A stretch of 61,770 bases of DNA, counting the filler, from Choristocarpus tenellus KU-1152 (lineage: Eukaryota; Protista; Phaeophyceae), in NCBI GenBank assembly GCA_964200185.2. It is 13 parts of 13 records of this genome, joined end to end, with 100 filler letters (N's around TTAATTAATTAA, not from the genome) between each part and the next. Parts side by side here need not be neighbours in the genome. Positions count along the whole stretch, not along the records: positions 12,841 to 17,764 come from CAXNAD020012514.1; positions 17,865 to 21,480 come from CAXNAD020018938.1; positions 21,581 to 29,038 come from CAXNAD020006122.1; 10 more parts are not named here. The stretch is one strand, 5' to 3'. Positions 12,741-26,505 of the stretch are shown piece by piece. Position numbers and translations under genes: made by a program. Every line of letters starts with the position of its first letter. Position 1 is the first letter of the stretch. Under the pieces are notes generated by a model. The model did not search any database, was not told the origin of the DNA, and was given only the letters and a program-made list of their open reading frames with translations.

Positions 12741-15700
12741 NNNNNNNNNNNNNNNNNNNNNNNNNNNNNNNNNNNNNNNNNNNNTTAATTAATTAANNNN
12801 NNNNNNNNNNNNNNNNNNNNNNNNNNNNNNNNNNNNNNNNCTACCTAACTTGACGGGAAAGTGCATTTTTTGTCGATTTCTCCATGCCCCTCAAACTTTC
12901 TCCCTGTAAGTCTCTTGCATGCCACGTCTGAAATTTGGATGGACCCTAGAGAGTTACAATGGCTATTGAAACATCTCTATCTGTTTCACCTAACTTTTGT
13001 CTAAGAATTTGTGTGATAGTGGGGTAAAAATGGGGATGGACGGAAGAAGGCTCAAGAAAGGAAACAAAAAATATGTACTGTTCGGAGCTGTGGGAATTGA
13101 TCGTGTCTGAGTGGGACTAGTGTGGTGGACCCATCATCGCTTTGACCTGCAATTCACAGGGAGGAGGGATATCGATTCGAGGAAGCACTGTATGTGAGTT
13201 TGAAACATATGTGAGAGATCTTTTTTTTCTTAGGTTTACAGCATAGCCCTAACGCTTCACCCCAGGAAGAGGCTTCCAAAGCACCCTCTCTCAAAGTTTG
13301 TTTGCGTTGATGTGAAGATCTGAAGGATTTTGGAAGAGAGGTCTCCATATAAATAGTTATGTTATTTGTGTTGCCTCCAGTGCCTTCTGACAGGATTTCA
13401 CCCTAAAATAGACAGCATGACATCAAAGAGTAATTGTGTATACTGGATGCAACCATCAGTCTCTTGAGGGTATGAAGCCCAGAATCTCAATGATGAAAGG
13501 GAGAGGCTGTAACAAAGTGCTTCAGGGAGCAAGAGGGCAGGTTTCAGGATCATGAGGGATTCAGATTTCTCAGTGATGCTGGATGAAAAATCTAACCATC
13601 ATGATGGACGTTTAATCTGACAATCTAGACCTTGACTTCCCAGATATGGTAGCAATGTCAGGACGCTTGGCTTTCAGTAGGGCGAAGAGTTGGCTGCATA
13701 GTTTTTGGGTTCAGGGCACTTCATCTATTCTTATGAAACGAGCTGGCAAAACATATTTTACACCGATATTGATTTGGAATACGACCAAACACTGTCCATT
13801 TGTGGCTTATTTGCAAGGGAGTGCAATCTCTGAAGTTAATTGCTCTAGAGTCGTTCATACTTAACCAAGCATGTAACCAGCATGAAAAGAAACACCCTGA
13901 ATTGAAGGAAAGATATTGGCCTCCACGGTAGAGCTCTATATCACTTTGCAACTACGCCTTCAATAAGATCAGGGTAGAAGGGGAGAGAAGGGAAGGACCT
14001 CGAAATATGTTGCTATTTGCTACACTCCCTGGGTCTGGCATGAAAGCTGGGCGTGAGACCTATTTTAACCTTCTCTGACTACATGCCACCCGACAAAAAT
14101 GCCAGTATCCTCTGGTTTGTCTTACCATAGCTCACAGTTAACTCTCCTGTGCATAATGTAAGTTTGTTTCAGCTGCCTGCACTGCCCCAGTCTATTCTGG
14201 ATATGATCATTTCTTTCACACACAGGTTAAGACAGGCCAACCCTTATTGGTTGACCAGCACAGCACCAACCACCCTGCAAATATATCTAAAATTCAAGGT
14301 ACTTCAACATCTATTAAAAAAGCACTACAGCATAACCCATGGCAAAGCTGATCATTCATCAAACAACATTTGGAAGAGCTGCACGGTAAACGAGGCCTAG
14401 AGTAGGAAGCCAAGTGTTTATGATTGTTCCTTTTTTATCTGAGATGATTCGACCCTTGTCCCACTGTCTATATGCTCCCTTCTTCGGCTTGCCCACTATG
14501 ATTTTATTATTGAAGGGTGTGCGTTGCAACTGACTAACCAATACTCCAATGCACCTCCCAAAACAGTCTGTCTAGAGGATCAAATTGGCGTAGCGAGGTA
14601 TGGATCTGTAAGAGGTCGTATTCAGGAAATTGCGCATATTAGCGGTCTCAGGGGTACATTCACCATGTCTCAAAATGATTATCTCCATTTCTCACAGACG
14701 AGAGATCTCTACAGTAATATAAGATTCATACGATGGTACTCCTCTGAACGACAGGCGATGGTGTGATTGCTGCCACCTTTGTTGGGTGACCAACGGCCGT
14801 TCCAGCCTTAAATTGTTCGCTGCTGCCCTCGCGAACTACCCTGCTCTGTACGTGACTGCACTCACCATTTGCGACATCTCTCTCCAACAGAGGGTTAGCC
14901 CCCATATTCATAGTGAATTTATCATGCATGTACTGGTATCTCGATGTCATCCCTGTGAATGAGAATCACATAGGGTTAGGTCGATAACAATTATTTTGTG
15001 GGATCTGCTCGATTAACTTGTTTTCTAGGGCTGACAGAGTCAATTTGAACTCCCTCTTACCTTCATTTAACCTAGACATTCCGCATATCCATCTACGGTC
15101 TTGAACGTTTCCATTACTGACGAAGAGAAGCGACTTGCGCGAGAATTCAAAGTCATCATCACACCCTACCTCTTGCACCAAGCATCAAATTATTGAAAGT
15201 CGTCTTGAGAAGAGTCCGGAAACTCCGTTGCTCATACGACCTAGTCCAGACACAACCATGTTGACCACGAGGAAGGCAACGTTATCGTCGCCCTCTCCAG
15301 TATTTTTGGGCGACTTTACTGAGTTCAGGAGGAAATATCCTCCAGAAAGAACAAGTTCACATCATGTGTTTTGTGTTTTTAGGTTGGTTTTAGTCATTAT
15401 GTACTACAAGTATATGATAATTATATTTGTGTACGGTATGTTCTACATACAGTAGTACAAAAAAAATGTATGTCGTTATACATCCTAAAAAAAAAAACTT
15501 CATGGGATTAGAATAACACTGTTCTGTGGTGCTACAGCACATTGAATATATGTGAAACGCCTCGTAACTATCGGGTGAGTTGTACTTCCCCAATTCTACC
15601 CTGGCAGTGGTACTTGTAGCAGAGGAGAAGGAATTCGGAGTAGACTTAAGACAGGAAAATGTTCGCCAGTGGGAGGAAGGATCTCAAGGTGTTGGTTTCA

Positions 15701-15929
15701 ACAAGCTCTGTCTTGAGTACTTCGCCAGATGTATTGATACGCAGGATGCATTTGATCGGACTTCTCGTTGATAATTCTTGGGACCACGGGGCGACCTCGT
15801 AAGAACGAACAACGTTGTTAGGTTGGTACCATTCGAAAGAAGCAACTGACCTTCAAGCCTAGTCCCATTGTAAGAAGCCTTGCCCTTCTCACCCGTTCTC
15901 ACCCTCTCCCTCATCTCTATGTACCGTAG

Positions 15930-17378
15930 GCGATCGACGAGATGCAGGCCGTCGGTGTACGGACTGTGGCGGCACGAACTAGTCTGCCCGTTCGTAAAAC
16001 TAGATTGCGAAATCGTGCGGCGGCGGGAGAGGAGGTAGCGCATCTGTCGAATAGCCACCTCGCAGAGCAAGATCTGGAGGGTATAGATCGTAGAGGCATT
16101 TGTGAGAGCATTCTTGTGGAGGGAAATGTCCAGACCTTCGTTGATTTTTTCTACCTCACGCATAGACCTAGACCAACACAAGGTGAGCCTTTGACAGGGT
16201 TGACATGTACACGAACCAAACCCGATACAAATGACCATAGTTAACTCTAAATAAAATTGGAAACTACCAGTAGAACCATCCATCACGTGATGGAGAGTTA
16301 GAGTACAATGATGGTACTCCGCACCAAGAAAGAGTTGCCATAAGAAGGTTGACTTGTATATGGTACCCCCCCTTCAGGCAATAGTTTTGTGCTATTTTTG
16401 TTGCTAGAAGTAGCAAGGCTAAGTCATTGGCAGCCGGCCAGGAGATCGATTGCATTTTCTATACCAAAAATTCCAGTATACTGAGTGGTACAGAGGACCT
16501 TATCAAAAATAACCTGTGCCGAGTCTTACCAAAAAGTCTCATATTGGAGGTGGGCAACTTACAGAAATAAAAGAAAATCGAACCTATAGAATGCCAAATG
16601 CTTTTGTATACCAATTCAAACTCTCCCCTAAAGAGGTTTTGTGGAGGTAGTTACCGTTGATACCAGCCTTCTTACTGGCATCTCAATTCCTAATTACAAC
16701 AATATCAACTTGATAACAGCAAATATGGTAACTACTCAAGTGAAGGTTCAAACTCTGGTGTACACAGATAACTTTGATCTGAGGCAAACACCTGAGGAGA
16801 TTAAAGTTCCACCCAGGGAGATGGTTTTTATTAAGAACAACTTGGCGGCAGCAGAAAGTGCCCGGCGACAAGGCGACACTTCAGCTGTGTACAAGTCGTT
16901 CAATAGGTAAAACAATATTGTGCTTGCCTTCATCCTGCTCTTCTTGTGTTTATCTGGATGAATCACAAGTTTTCTCGTGCTATAAGAGTCAAAATGCAAG
17001 ATGTTGTTGTGGGGCTTTGGACTTCGTAGAGACATACCACTTGTATATTTTCATTGCCAGATTGGGAAACACCTTCTTGTGATACTATCCTATCCCAAAC
17101 AAGTTGTATATCTCATCTGCAACAAAAATTTGTTCAAGTGCCTTTAAAAAAAAAATGAGAGTACCCATTTGAATGTATAAATGCAGTGCAATGCTTTTTG
17201 ACTGCTCCATCATGTTCCCGGGTTTCTCAACAGCCTTGCACAGTATTTTCAGGACACTAACGACCCTAAGACTGGAGTTTACTTCTATGAGAAGTGCCTT
17301 GAGATCAGCCGACTGACAAGTGATAAGAAGGGGGAAATGAGTGCCAACCATCGCTTAGGACTTGTATACGATAGGATG
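15930..17378 (+). CDS. TTC29: Tetratricopeptide repeat protein 29-like (flagellar axonemal TPR protein), partial; exons ~15930-16182, 16768-16906, 17234-17378
   Basis: Phase-consistent GT-AG splicing gives ICESILVEGNVQTFVDFFYLT...LAAAESARRQGDTSAVYKSFNSLAQYFQDTNDPKTGVYFYEKCLEISRLTSDKKGEMSANHRLGLVYD, matching the TTC29 N-terminal pattern as I recall it. Confidence 0.75.
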
Positions 17379-17924
17379 GTGAGACCTCAAGGTACCTGGG
17401 GATGCATCAGGCCATCAGACAACTACTTTCATACCCCTATTAGCAAAATGATGACATGAGTCATAGTTATGAATTGTTATGATTCTTATGTGTCTTGTGA
17501 CCTACAGAGCATCTCCCCAATCCACAGGTGCAAAATCCAACTGAACTTTAATGGAAGAATTTGACCACAAATGGATACAATAAGGAGCTATGTGCTAGTG
17601 TTTGTCTTTCACAATGCACCCATAATACATGCCTTCTAGTAGTGTCAAGTTTAGGGTTAGATGTGTGTTGTATCTTGTATATGCTTAGTACGGCAGTTGA
17701 CTGCTGTTGGACTTCATAAGGTCAAACGTATCTGGGGGGGGGGGTGGTTTGTGAGGGGACGTCCNNNNNNNNNNNNNNNNNNNNNNNNNNNNNNNNNNNN
17801 NNNNNNNNTTAATTAATTAANNNNNNNNNNNNNNNNNNNNNNNNNNNNNNNNNNNNNNNNNNNNTTTCGGTCATACCCATCCTCAATAGTACGCTCCATC
17901 CTCAATTTTTAAAATCCACTGTTA

Positions 17925-18053
17925 AAAGGTGTGTCTGGAACTAGGATATTGAAACTTCCTAACAAACACGATAGACAAAATTACATCAAACATCGCAACA
18001 TTGGATTTTGACCCCATATGGACGAGGCTCTACCCTCTAAGATACTTTGACTC
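17925..18053. mobile_element. MITE family A, partial
   Basis: Reverse-orientation match to the 5864-6122 copy, ending AGATACTTTGACTC. Confidence 0.85.
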
Positions 18054-18577
18054 TTTGTCCCCTATTTGTCTTGTGTATTTTAATACCTACCCACAGTAGT
18101 CAAGTGACAGCTGTGGTGTTATATGCAGCCTGGCCTTTGATAGAGGAGCTATTAAGCCAGGGAGAGATTTTTTTTGTGTATATGTCACAGGCGATATGTC
18201 TTGATGGCCGTTTCATAAACAACATTATGACATTGAAGTTCGATATTTGATATATTTGTACTTCTTGATTATTTATTTATTATTTGGTCATTATGGTCCA
18301 CGATTGTGATCGACATTGTTGATCAGTCCCTTTTGATACCATTTTATTTACGATAATCCAAGTGAGAGATCCAGCATACTTGACGACTTGTGCATCAGGA
18401 GTCCTATACCTACATCAGTATCATATGTAAGACCATGGATTGGAGCTATACATCCTGTGGAGGTGAGCATCGAGGGGCGCCTGTAACATATATGGTATGG
18501 GCGTTGTAAGGGAGTCAACTAATTGGTGCTACTCTGTTCCAAGGATTCACTTTAGGCGTTGCACTAGGGATATTTCG

Positions 18578-19070
18578 TGGATCGTGGGAGATGCAACATA
18601 GTACTGCTAAGGACCCCTCTATTTTCAGGATCGTGGGAGACGCAACTTGATATGGCTGAGGACCCACGGTAGAAAAACACCCCAGAGTGTGTTTGTAGAG
18701 ATTGTGATAGGATAGATATGAAGCAATAGTCCCACCATATTGCTGTATTCCAGTGACTTGTAGTAGTGATTTACTAGGAAGATTTTGTTCATTGCAGGAG
18801 ACGCTACGTGCATTGCTAAGGACCCTGCCATTTCATGGACCGTGGGAGACGCTACATGGTATTGCTAAGGACCTGCAGGAGAAATTACCTAAGGATGTTT
18901 CCACATGAGACTGCAATAGGACAGATTGGTGGCTGATATTTAATGACCCCAGACCAGTATTCACGGTAACTACTGTTTTTCTATTTGTTGCATGTAATGA
19001 TATACTAGGGAGGATTTTATTGATTGTAGGAGACGAAACAAGGTATTGTCAAGGACCTACAGGAGAATGG
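18578..19070 (+). repeat. Degenerate ~49-bp subrepeat cluster (GGGAGACGCWAC...GCTAAGGACC), probably LTR/UTR of the downstream Copia
   Basis: Five imperfect units near 18578, 18627, 18793, 18837 and 19024. Confidence 0.7.
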
Positions 19071-19689
19071 GCCCAAGATTGTTTACACAGAGACTGTAAT
19101 AGAACGGTAGTAGATTGAGGACTGATTTATGGTGCCTACACAAAACCAATGTCAACATATTGATGCTAGGGTATATTTGTGGAATTGTTCTTGAGAGAGC
19201 TAGCAGAAGTTTGTCTTTCTCTAGTTTCAGAGAAGTAGAGTTTTAGGGTGCATAGTTTCTGCGCTGCGAGGAAGAGTGTTCGTAGATAGTGCTGCTGACA
19301 CACTACAGACACCACTGGTGGATTATATAATAAGATGGAGAGCCAGTGACAGATATCATATGTCCTGACTCATCATAGTGTCCATTGATTTGAGTGTTAC
19401 GTTCAAGATACACTTACCATGCTTAAGACAAGTAATAAGTGATTCATAGTAAATTAGTGTGGACGATTGCAAACCCCACACTATAGGGATAGTAATGATT
19501 GTTTAGGCTTGTCTCACCCACCTATTCAGTCAACGGATTTGAGACCACAAACCTCTTGCAACAGTAATATTACATATCTACATTAAGCTATTCATTGTCC
19601 TTCATCAAAGCACCAAAGCTGCGGGTCCAGTGTGGAATATTTCAACAACTGTCATTGGAGTATTCCCCGATGGGTGTGGACCCATATCT

Positions 19690-21480
19690 TCACCATGTGA
19701 GGACGTGTGCGATTAATGGACTGCAGGAGGCGACGACAGGACCTGCTTTGACATCGTGCTGACGTACGAATCTCCGAGTGAGGCGCTCGCCGCACTGGCC
19801 AAGAACTATGCTCATTCTGGACAAACGGAGAGAAATCTCGTGAAACGGCAATTATTGATGGACATGGTGCTGGAATCTGGGGGAGATCCTGCTGACATCA
19901 TTAACCGGCAGGAGGCTCTTATAGTGGAGCTGAAGAGCTTGGGAGGTTCTGTGACAGAGGAAGATCGAGTGGGTTGACTACAAAATTCACTTGGCGAGGA
20001 GTGTCTGGACATCTTGTCCCAGATAGATGATGACGAGTCGGCAGATGGGCGGATAAAACTGGGAAAGTTAGTCCTGAAGAGATATCGACCGCGCTCTATT
20101 CAAAGGGGGACGGAATCGGCTGGGGTGAGAGCTGGCGCACTGGTAGCGGGACAGCAATCCAGACGACCTGGTGGGCAACCCAATTGTTGAGAATGTGGTG
20201 GACGTCACTTCCGATCCAAGTGCCACATATCAAGAAGCATAAGGCGAGTGAAGGGGGCATTACTTGCTTTGTCTGCGGAGAAATATGACATCAAAGCTCC
20301 GCATGTCGGCAAAGAAAATCGGGATCGTCAAGGGGTCTGGAGTCTTCTAACATCCAGAAAAAGAAGAATCGGATAGGGGGGAATGGTTCTAAGAACAAAG
20401 GAGAAAGACCAAAATCGAATGGATCTAGCGAAGGACAACCAAGATTGGCAGGTTTTCCAGTAACTAATCAAGCAAGTTATCTTGTTAGTAAGGTAAAATC
20501 CCTTCCCTTCAAGAGACTGTCATGGGTTGAGGTTTGGATTCGGAAGAGTGCAGCCCACATAATTTTATGACGTTAATTGGGAATCTTGTGATGGAACAGT
20601 TGCAGTTGAAGGTGGTGGAACACTTGACAACGTGGGGAAGGGGGACATCAAATCGGGATGTGTCCTAAGTGGTTAACTGCAGACTGTTGTATTCACTAAC
20701 GTACTTGTGGCGCCTGATCTTGGTGGGAACTTGTAATCTGCCAAGGCTTGCATGCGAGATGGTCACAGTTTCCGGTATACAGTTTTCGGTATGTCGACCC
20801 CACTAGAATCTCAACTTTTAGGGACAACGGGGAAGAAATATCACCTTCACGTCATTGGAGGAGGAGGAATTATTCTCCCTAGGGATACGCAGAGTGAGTG
20901 CGAGGAATGGCTCCGATTCTACTAATGTCCCTACCACTGATGCAACGTCCGTTTCTGGCACACCAAGAATTAACTTGACCCAAAAAACTGCGTCATTGGA
21001 CGTGAATGAGCTTCACACGCGATTAGGTGTTGTTCATTAGGGGTTGGACAGGAAAGACGCTTCGGTGCAGAACATTTGTGAACTGGAACATGGGGGCCAT
21101 CATGTTGAGGTTGCCTCTCGACAAGGGTCATAGGCATCCAATCCTAAAGGAGATGGAGAATCGTGCTTCGGTGTAGGGGGAAGATGTTTATGTGGACTCG
21201 ACTGAGCGAACGCAATTTCAGAGGAGGATGTTCTGATATCTGATGATCTCGCCCAGGAGGGGGCTAGAGGAGTCGATTTCGCACAGGATGAGACTGGAGG
21301 TATCGACCTAACCCACGCTGGGGCTAGAGATGTCAATCTCACTCAAGAGGGGAGTGGAGGCGATATTGATTCTGGAGGATCGATGTTTGACACTACGGCA
21401 TCAGTGGATGATATTGTAGCGAAGCGGACGCTTCCCCCTGAGGGAGTTGGAGTGAATACCATAGTCCCAGGAGGGACCCA
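19690..21480 (+). mobile_element. Second Ty1/Copia element, degenerate, apparently lacking the integrase core
   Basis: gag (ALAALAKNYA...ELKSLGGSVTEED), two degenerate zinc knuckles (C*ECGGRHFRSKC; CFVCGEI*HQSSAC), protease-adjacent VAVEGGGTLDNVGKGDI..NVLVAPDLGGNL*S, and LHTRLG (pre-integrase). It then jumps to linker-like sequence with a 10-aa repeat. Confidence 0.85.
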
Positions 21481-21987
21481 NNNNNNNNNNNNNNNNNNNN
21501 NNNNNNNNNNNNNNNNNNNNNNNNTTAATTAATTAANNNNNNNNNNNNNNNNNNNNNNNNNNNNNNNNNNNNNNNNNNNNCGTACGCCCCCCCACAAACC
21601 ACCCCCCCCCCCAAGATACTTTGACCCTAACTATTTTTCAAACCCAGGTATCGACACCGACAATGGTTCAAACCTCGTTCTCCTGCTCATCTCCAAAGAG
21701 GGCACCATCTGTTAACCTCATCATACCACAGGGCAAGGCAATACCAATCCTCACCCTGTGAGTGCGAAGACGCTCTCCATATTGGGTGGGTTTTTCCTCC
21801 CTTCGATAAACTTGCACTGCCCAACAACCAGTAAGACCCTAGACATTGCAGGTCCTTGCCAACCAATTTACCTTTTCACCACATAAAATACAACACAACA
21901 CAGAACATCAAAGATCAACCACAGCACTACTACAAGGTGAGAAAACATCTCTCTTTTACCACGAGGCGACAAGCAAAAAAAATAGCC

Positions 21988-21992
21988 GTGTA

Positions 21993-22025
<33 letters not shown>

Positions 22026-22048
22026 GTATGTGTGTGTGTGCATGTGTG
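21988..22048 (+). repeat. (GTGTAT)n / (GT)n microsatellite
   Basis: Seen directly. Confidence 0.95.
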
Positions 22049-24201
22049 ATGCAGCGCAATATTGTGGAGATCTTATGCCGCATCCAATGCGTCCATGAGA
22101 TGTGAAGAATTCAGTCACCAAAAGCACAGCAAAAGCCCCCTTCTGACCACTTCAGTCAACGGTCACATTGACCAGGTCGAGCATCCAGTTTCCATCCCTT
22201 CCCTTCACTCCAGTGTATGTAATGTTGCTATTGCATCACCTTGCGTCCTACCCAGCAGATAAAACATATGTGCCTCCCCACCTAATCGCTTGTGAGGGAT
22301 AAGATGCTCACAAAGTAAACTAGCACTACAGCTACGCTTGTAGTACTACAGCATCAATCATTCTCACGCCCCCTTTTCCTTGAAAAGGCTCATGATCGAT
22401 GCATGTTCAAAAAGCCAAGGATAACCGACCTTCCTTCTCCCCCCTTCCCTCTATTTGAGAGTATCTAACTCTACTGCCAGCCTGGCTTGCCAACAATGCG
22501 ACAAAGGCGTCACACATACACAAGCTGTGCACGTCACATGCCACAGAGCAAAACCCGGCAAATAGCATGATTCCATTATTGGCTAGGTAAAAGCTTCACA
22601 AAAACAAGTGCCTACAAAGCAAAACTTGACCAAAATAGCTCACAATCACCTCGATGCACTGGATACACCAATCGAAAGGCTCAGTTTCATTTGCATGGCC
22701 CAATCAAAAAACAACAAAAGTTCCCAAGAAAAAGCTCTGGAAGATCAAGAAGTCAAGAAATTGCACCAAAGCACATAACTTAGGATGAACAAAAACAAAC
22801 GTGTGTGAGCTCCCCAATGAACATCTGCAAAATGTCAGTAGGCATCAAATAGTACAAAGACATTTTTTTCTATGATGCTTCTTGAATCAATTATTTTACC
22901 AGCATGATTGGGCAACCACTGTCTGTCTCTGTGACAGCTACATATGACTTTTCAATACCTCATTGGATAGTCAATTGTCCAGCTTGCAGGTGGGACGAGC
23001 ATCTCAGATTTTTTTTAAATTTATTCCCTGGTGCAAAATAAAAAAGTTGACTTAAGAAGCTCATGGAGTAAGTCCTCTTCATTTTTGAGTCTGTCAAGTA
23101 GATATGCCATGCCCCCCTTCCATTGTGCACTGTTGTTTTCCTAGCAATGCCATCCATGTCCCTCACCATTTCAAACCAGTCTAAGAATAACAGACAGTGG
23201 GGGCTTCTTGTCAAAAAATCTTCCAGTCCTATGATTCTCATGACCATGGCTAGAATAGCTAATGAGAAAAGTATATGGTCAGGTCATGTGTCACCCATTG
23301 TTCACACCCTGGTTGGATGGTGCAACAAATATGGTACTGCCCAAGAGTCTTTTTACAACAGTACCGTAACCCTCACTGATCATTAATGTCCAATAAATCA
23401 AAATCACATCAAACTTGATACACAACCAAGGCAATGTATATTTAGACCTCCCTCTCATATACTGAAAAGACACCGGGGTATTTCTTTCTGGGAAGAACAG
23501 TGGTAGGGGAAGCTATAGATAATCCAGAAGAGGTCTATGCTCACACCATATACATCTTCTCCTAGTCGACAAGTTAGTTAGATCACTTGTTCTTGAACAT
23601 TCAGGACCACATTCTAGGCCTTCACCAGAGATCTCACCATACAATATTCATCCCATGTAGTAATTAGTAACGCAGATACAAGTGTTGCACGTTCCCATTC
23701 CTCACCACACTAATTTTCTCAATGTTGGAGTAGTACCACCAAAGAGCGATAACCTAAGGCTAAATACCCCAAATACATGGACAAACTTCCTACCTGACCT
23801 CTATACCCCTACTGCTTTCCAAGGCCACAGCAATTCATTTGCGGTGTGCTCTGTTGGAAAAGGGTCTAAGAGGGAGATGCCACTGAGGTTAGGAGTCCTT
23901 CCGACTTTCTGGTTGAACATGTTCTTTGGAGCACAGTCTATAAGAATGGGATATATTTTGGCATTTTTCTCAGTACATCTAGTTTTGCAAAAGCAATTTG
24001 CCCTTATCAATGGCCCCTTTCAGTGTTTTCATCTTCTTTGAACAAAGTTGGAAAAACCCTTAGAAATATCAAAACAGCCATAAAACACACCCCTCTTGGT
24101 TACTTTTATTCAACAACACAACACAGATGTGCGAACACATGCGTTCTCACCCCTCCCAAACTATCTACAAAAACACAGGAATGACCTCAATATTGACCCA
24201 C

Positions 24202-24730
24202 CTGTTCTAAGCGGTCCTTATCCTGAAGGTAAGTTTCTCGTAGACGCAGTGCAGTCCCCTGCCCACAACTTCCTCCCATAACCACCTGAGCCGTTTCTGT
24301 GTGAAGGTGCGTGCTATTGGTGGGGCACACACCATCATTACTCCTAGGGCAGGAACTATGACTATGGTCATAGTCCACTGTGCCACAGCTGCTTCCCCCT
24401 CGAGTTCCACTGCCACGAGTGCACTCTGCCTCTGTCCTTTCTCCCATTGCCTCCTCCATAACAGCGTTGACGAGGCGCAACTCCGAGATAGGGCGTTCCA
24501 TTAGTCCCTTGACCGCAGCGCTACAACCCGCGCAAGATGTGTACTGTGAGGCCAATCGTATGATTTCTGAGCGTTCAATAACAAGCTGCGTTTGTCTTGT
24601 CGACAGTGGTGATATGTGTGGATTTTGCACCCCAGCCGATGTTTGTCCCTTGGCCCCATTAGCTCTACCCACGCCAACCGACAGGGTGTTCGTCCCGCAA
24701 GTACTGCTAGGGGCATGAACGGCAACTGCA

Positions 24731-24763
<33 letters not shown>

Positions 24764-24886
24764 GCTTGTGCCTTACGCTTGTCTTTGACACATAGTGGCA
24801 CAGTGGTTGTTGAGCGGTTTGGTCGTGCTTGTCTATTTGCCACCCTATGTGCCATAGCTGGCGGTGATAGTGGTGGTGGCACCGTG
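24202..24886 (-). CDS. Internal exon of a GGNBP2-like protein with poly-Ala tract
   Basis: AG/GT-bounded open exon. IERSEIIRLASQYTSCAGCSAAVKGLM resembles the GGNBP2 CxGC motif (REVLSALSQLVPCVGCRRSVERL, recalled). (GCC)n at ~24731-24760 encodes poly-Ala. Confidence 0.45.
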
Positions 24887-25965
24887 CTGGTTTGTGGAGG
24901 TGAAGAGGGAAGGGTCGCAATGTTAGGTATGCCGACAGGTGTGATTGTGAGCGGATACTGGGTGAGGAGACCACATGATCGTGGTCACCTGGTCCAACAT
25001 GGTTACTGACATCGAGGTACATAAGCATTTCCTTCTGTAACACGTTCAACCAAACTGCTCGATGGGGTTGTTTAGATACATCTACATCCTACTTCATCCA
25101 CCCACCGAACCTTTGGATCAGTCTGCACTAATAAGCTTGACGTGGAATGTGGTCCAAGGAACCCAAGACATTCACATGAGCGGCCTCTCTGCCACCACAA
25201 TACCACCTGCCTAATATGCTCAAAGATCAAAGTACAAGTTTTCTTCTACAAATCACTCTCTGTCTGAATTACCAGAGATGATTGAAGGAGGTCAACACAA
25301 CAGGGAAACAAGGTACTGTCTGTTTAGATGTCTCAAGTAGAGGCAAGACTGTCAACGAAGCACTAAACCTCTGCGCTAAAGTCAGATGATAAATCCTCCA
25401 AGATCAAAGAACCCTGAAAGGTAGAAGGTGTGCATCGACTACCGGCCGCTAGCTCTCTTCCTTAACACATCGATCAGAGGTCCTCCAGCCTACTCCTGCC
25501 ATCCTATCCCCCCTCAGTCCCTTTGCAAATCGAATGTCGTTTCCCGTAAGTGCATTGGTATATTTGCACATGGTATGTAATCCACCGGTTTTTCACAGCA
25601 GCTTCGCCTACCTCTACAGTAGAGCGTGCCTCACTCTCTGTCCCCCTTCCTTTCCTTGTGCACCTAGTTCTGATACCTTGTTATCTAAAATTACCAAATT
25701 GTCAACATACCCTAACCCTATCCCACCTCAAAACCAGTGTAAACAACGGTATCATTAATGACCAATTATAAACAGCATTTCCTTTCCTATCGATATATAT
25801 ATACCGCCATAGGCTTCTCACTATAGGCAGAGTGACGCACGCGCTCATACAACCAGATCAGGTTGTTGCCTCCCATCTCCCCCCTCTCATAACACTATAC
25901 ATTCCACGACTGTGCCATTCGTTCATACCCAAGCGACTTCATACTTTCCTAACCCGCCTGAAACA

Positions 25966-26505
25966 ATGAAGCTGTTCGCCATCATCGCTCTATTTGTGGC
26001 TCTTGTGGGCATGGCCTCGGCCTTCGTTCCTAACTTCACTGTGAAGGCTTCCCTGCAGGTCCAGCAGAAGACCACACCCATGGTGAGTGTCTGGTCTTGT
26101 CCCAATATTGGGATGTCTAAGATATGTATGTTCTCTCGTAGTTTTTGAAAAGGTCTTCTACACATCTTTCCGCCTGGTTGAAACCTGCGACTTAGTCCGA
26201 CTTAGTCTTGCACTGTGGAAAGAGATAATGCACATGTATGAAACTTTCGTCTGTTCGTGTGGACAGGTGCTGACGATTGCTCTCTTTACCACAGGATGTT
26301 TTTGATTTCCACTAACCGTTGTCTTTAATCATCGCCCCGACTTTGTGACATGTAGCGCATGGCTGAGGAAGAGGAAGAAGATAAGGAGATCGGTGCTGGT
26401 GGCATGGCCGACACTCGCAACCCCGACCCCAAGGATGACCCCGATCCCCGCAAGTCGATCTCCGCGGCCCCTTCGTTCGAGGACTACCTCAAGTCCCGCC
26501 AGTGA
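25966..26505 (+). CDS. Small (88 aa) plastid-targeted protein of unknown function; exons 25966-26082 and 26356-26505
   Basis: Signal peptide with ASA-F cleavage motif (MKLFAIIALFVALVGMASAFVP), a transit peptide, and a phase-0 GT-AG intron. Mature part AEEEEEDKEIGAGGMADTRNPDPKDDPDPRKSISAAPSFEDYLKSRQ*; strong C/G-ending codon bias. Confidence 0.9.

Noticed and set aside
14726-15181. Two minus-strand ORFs that might splice into a gene divergent from TTC29
   Set aside because: Plausible splice sites but no recognisable protein; left uncalled.
18578-19070. Repeat-spacer-like pattern (CRISPR-like)
   Set aside because: Units are degenerate and irregularly spaced, there are no cas genes, and the context is eukaryotic next to a Copia gag.
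21846-22127. ORFs with VYVY/HTHT repeats (also 41262-41492)
   Set aside because: Translations of microsatellites.
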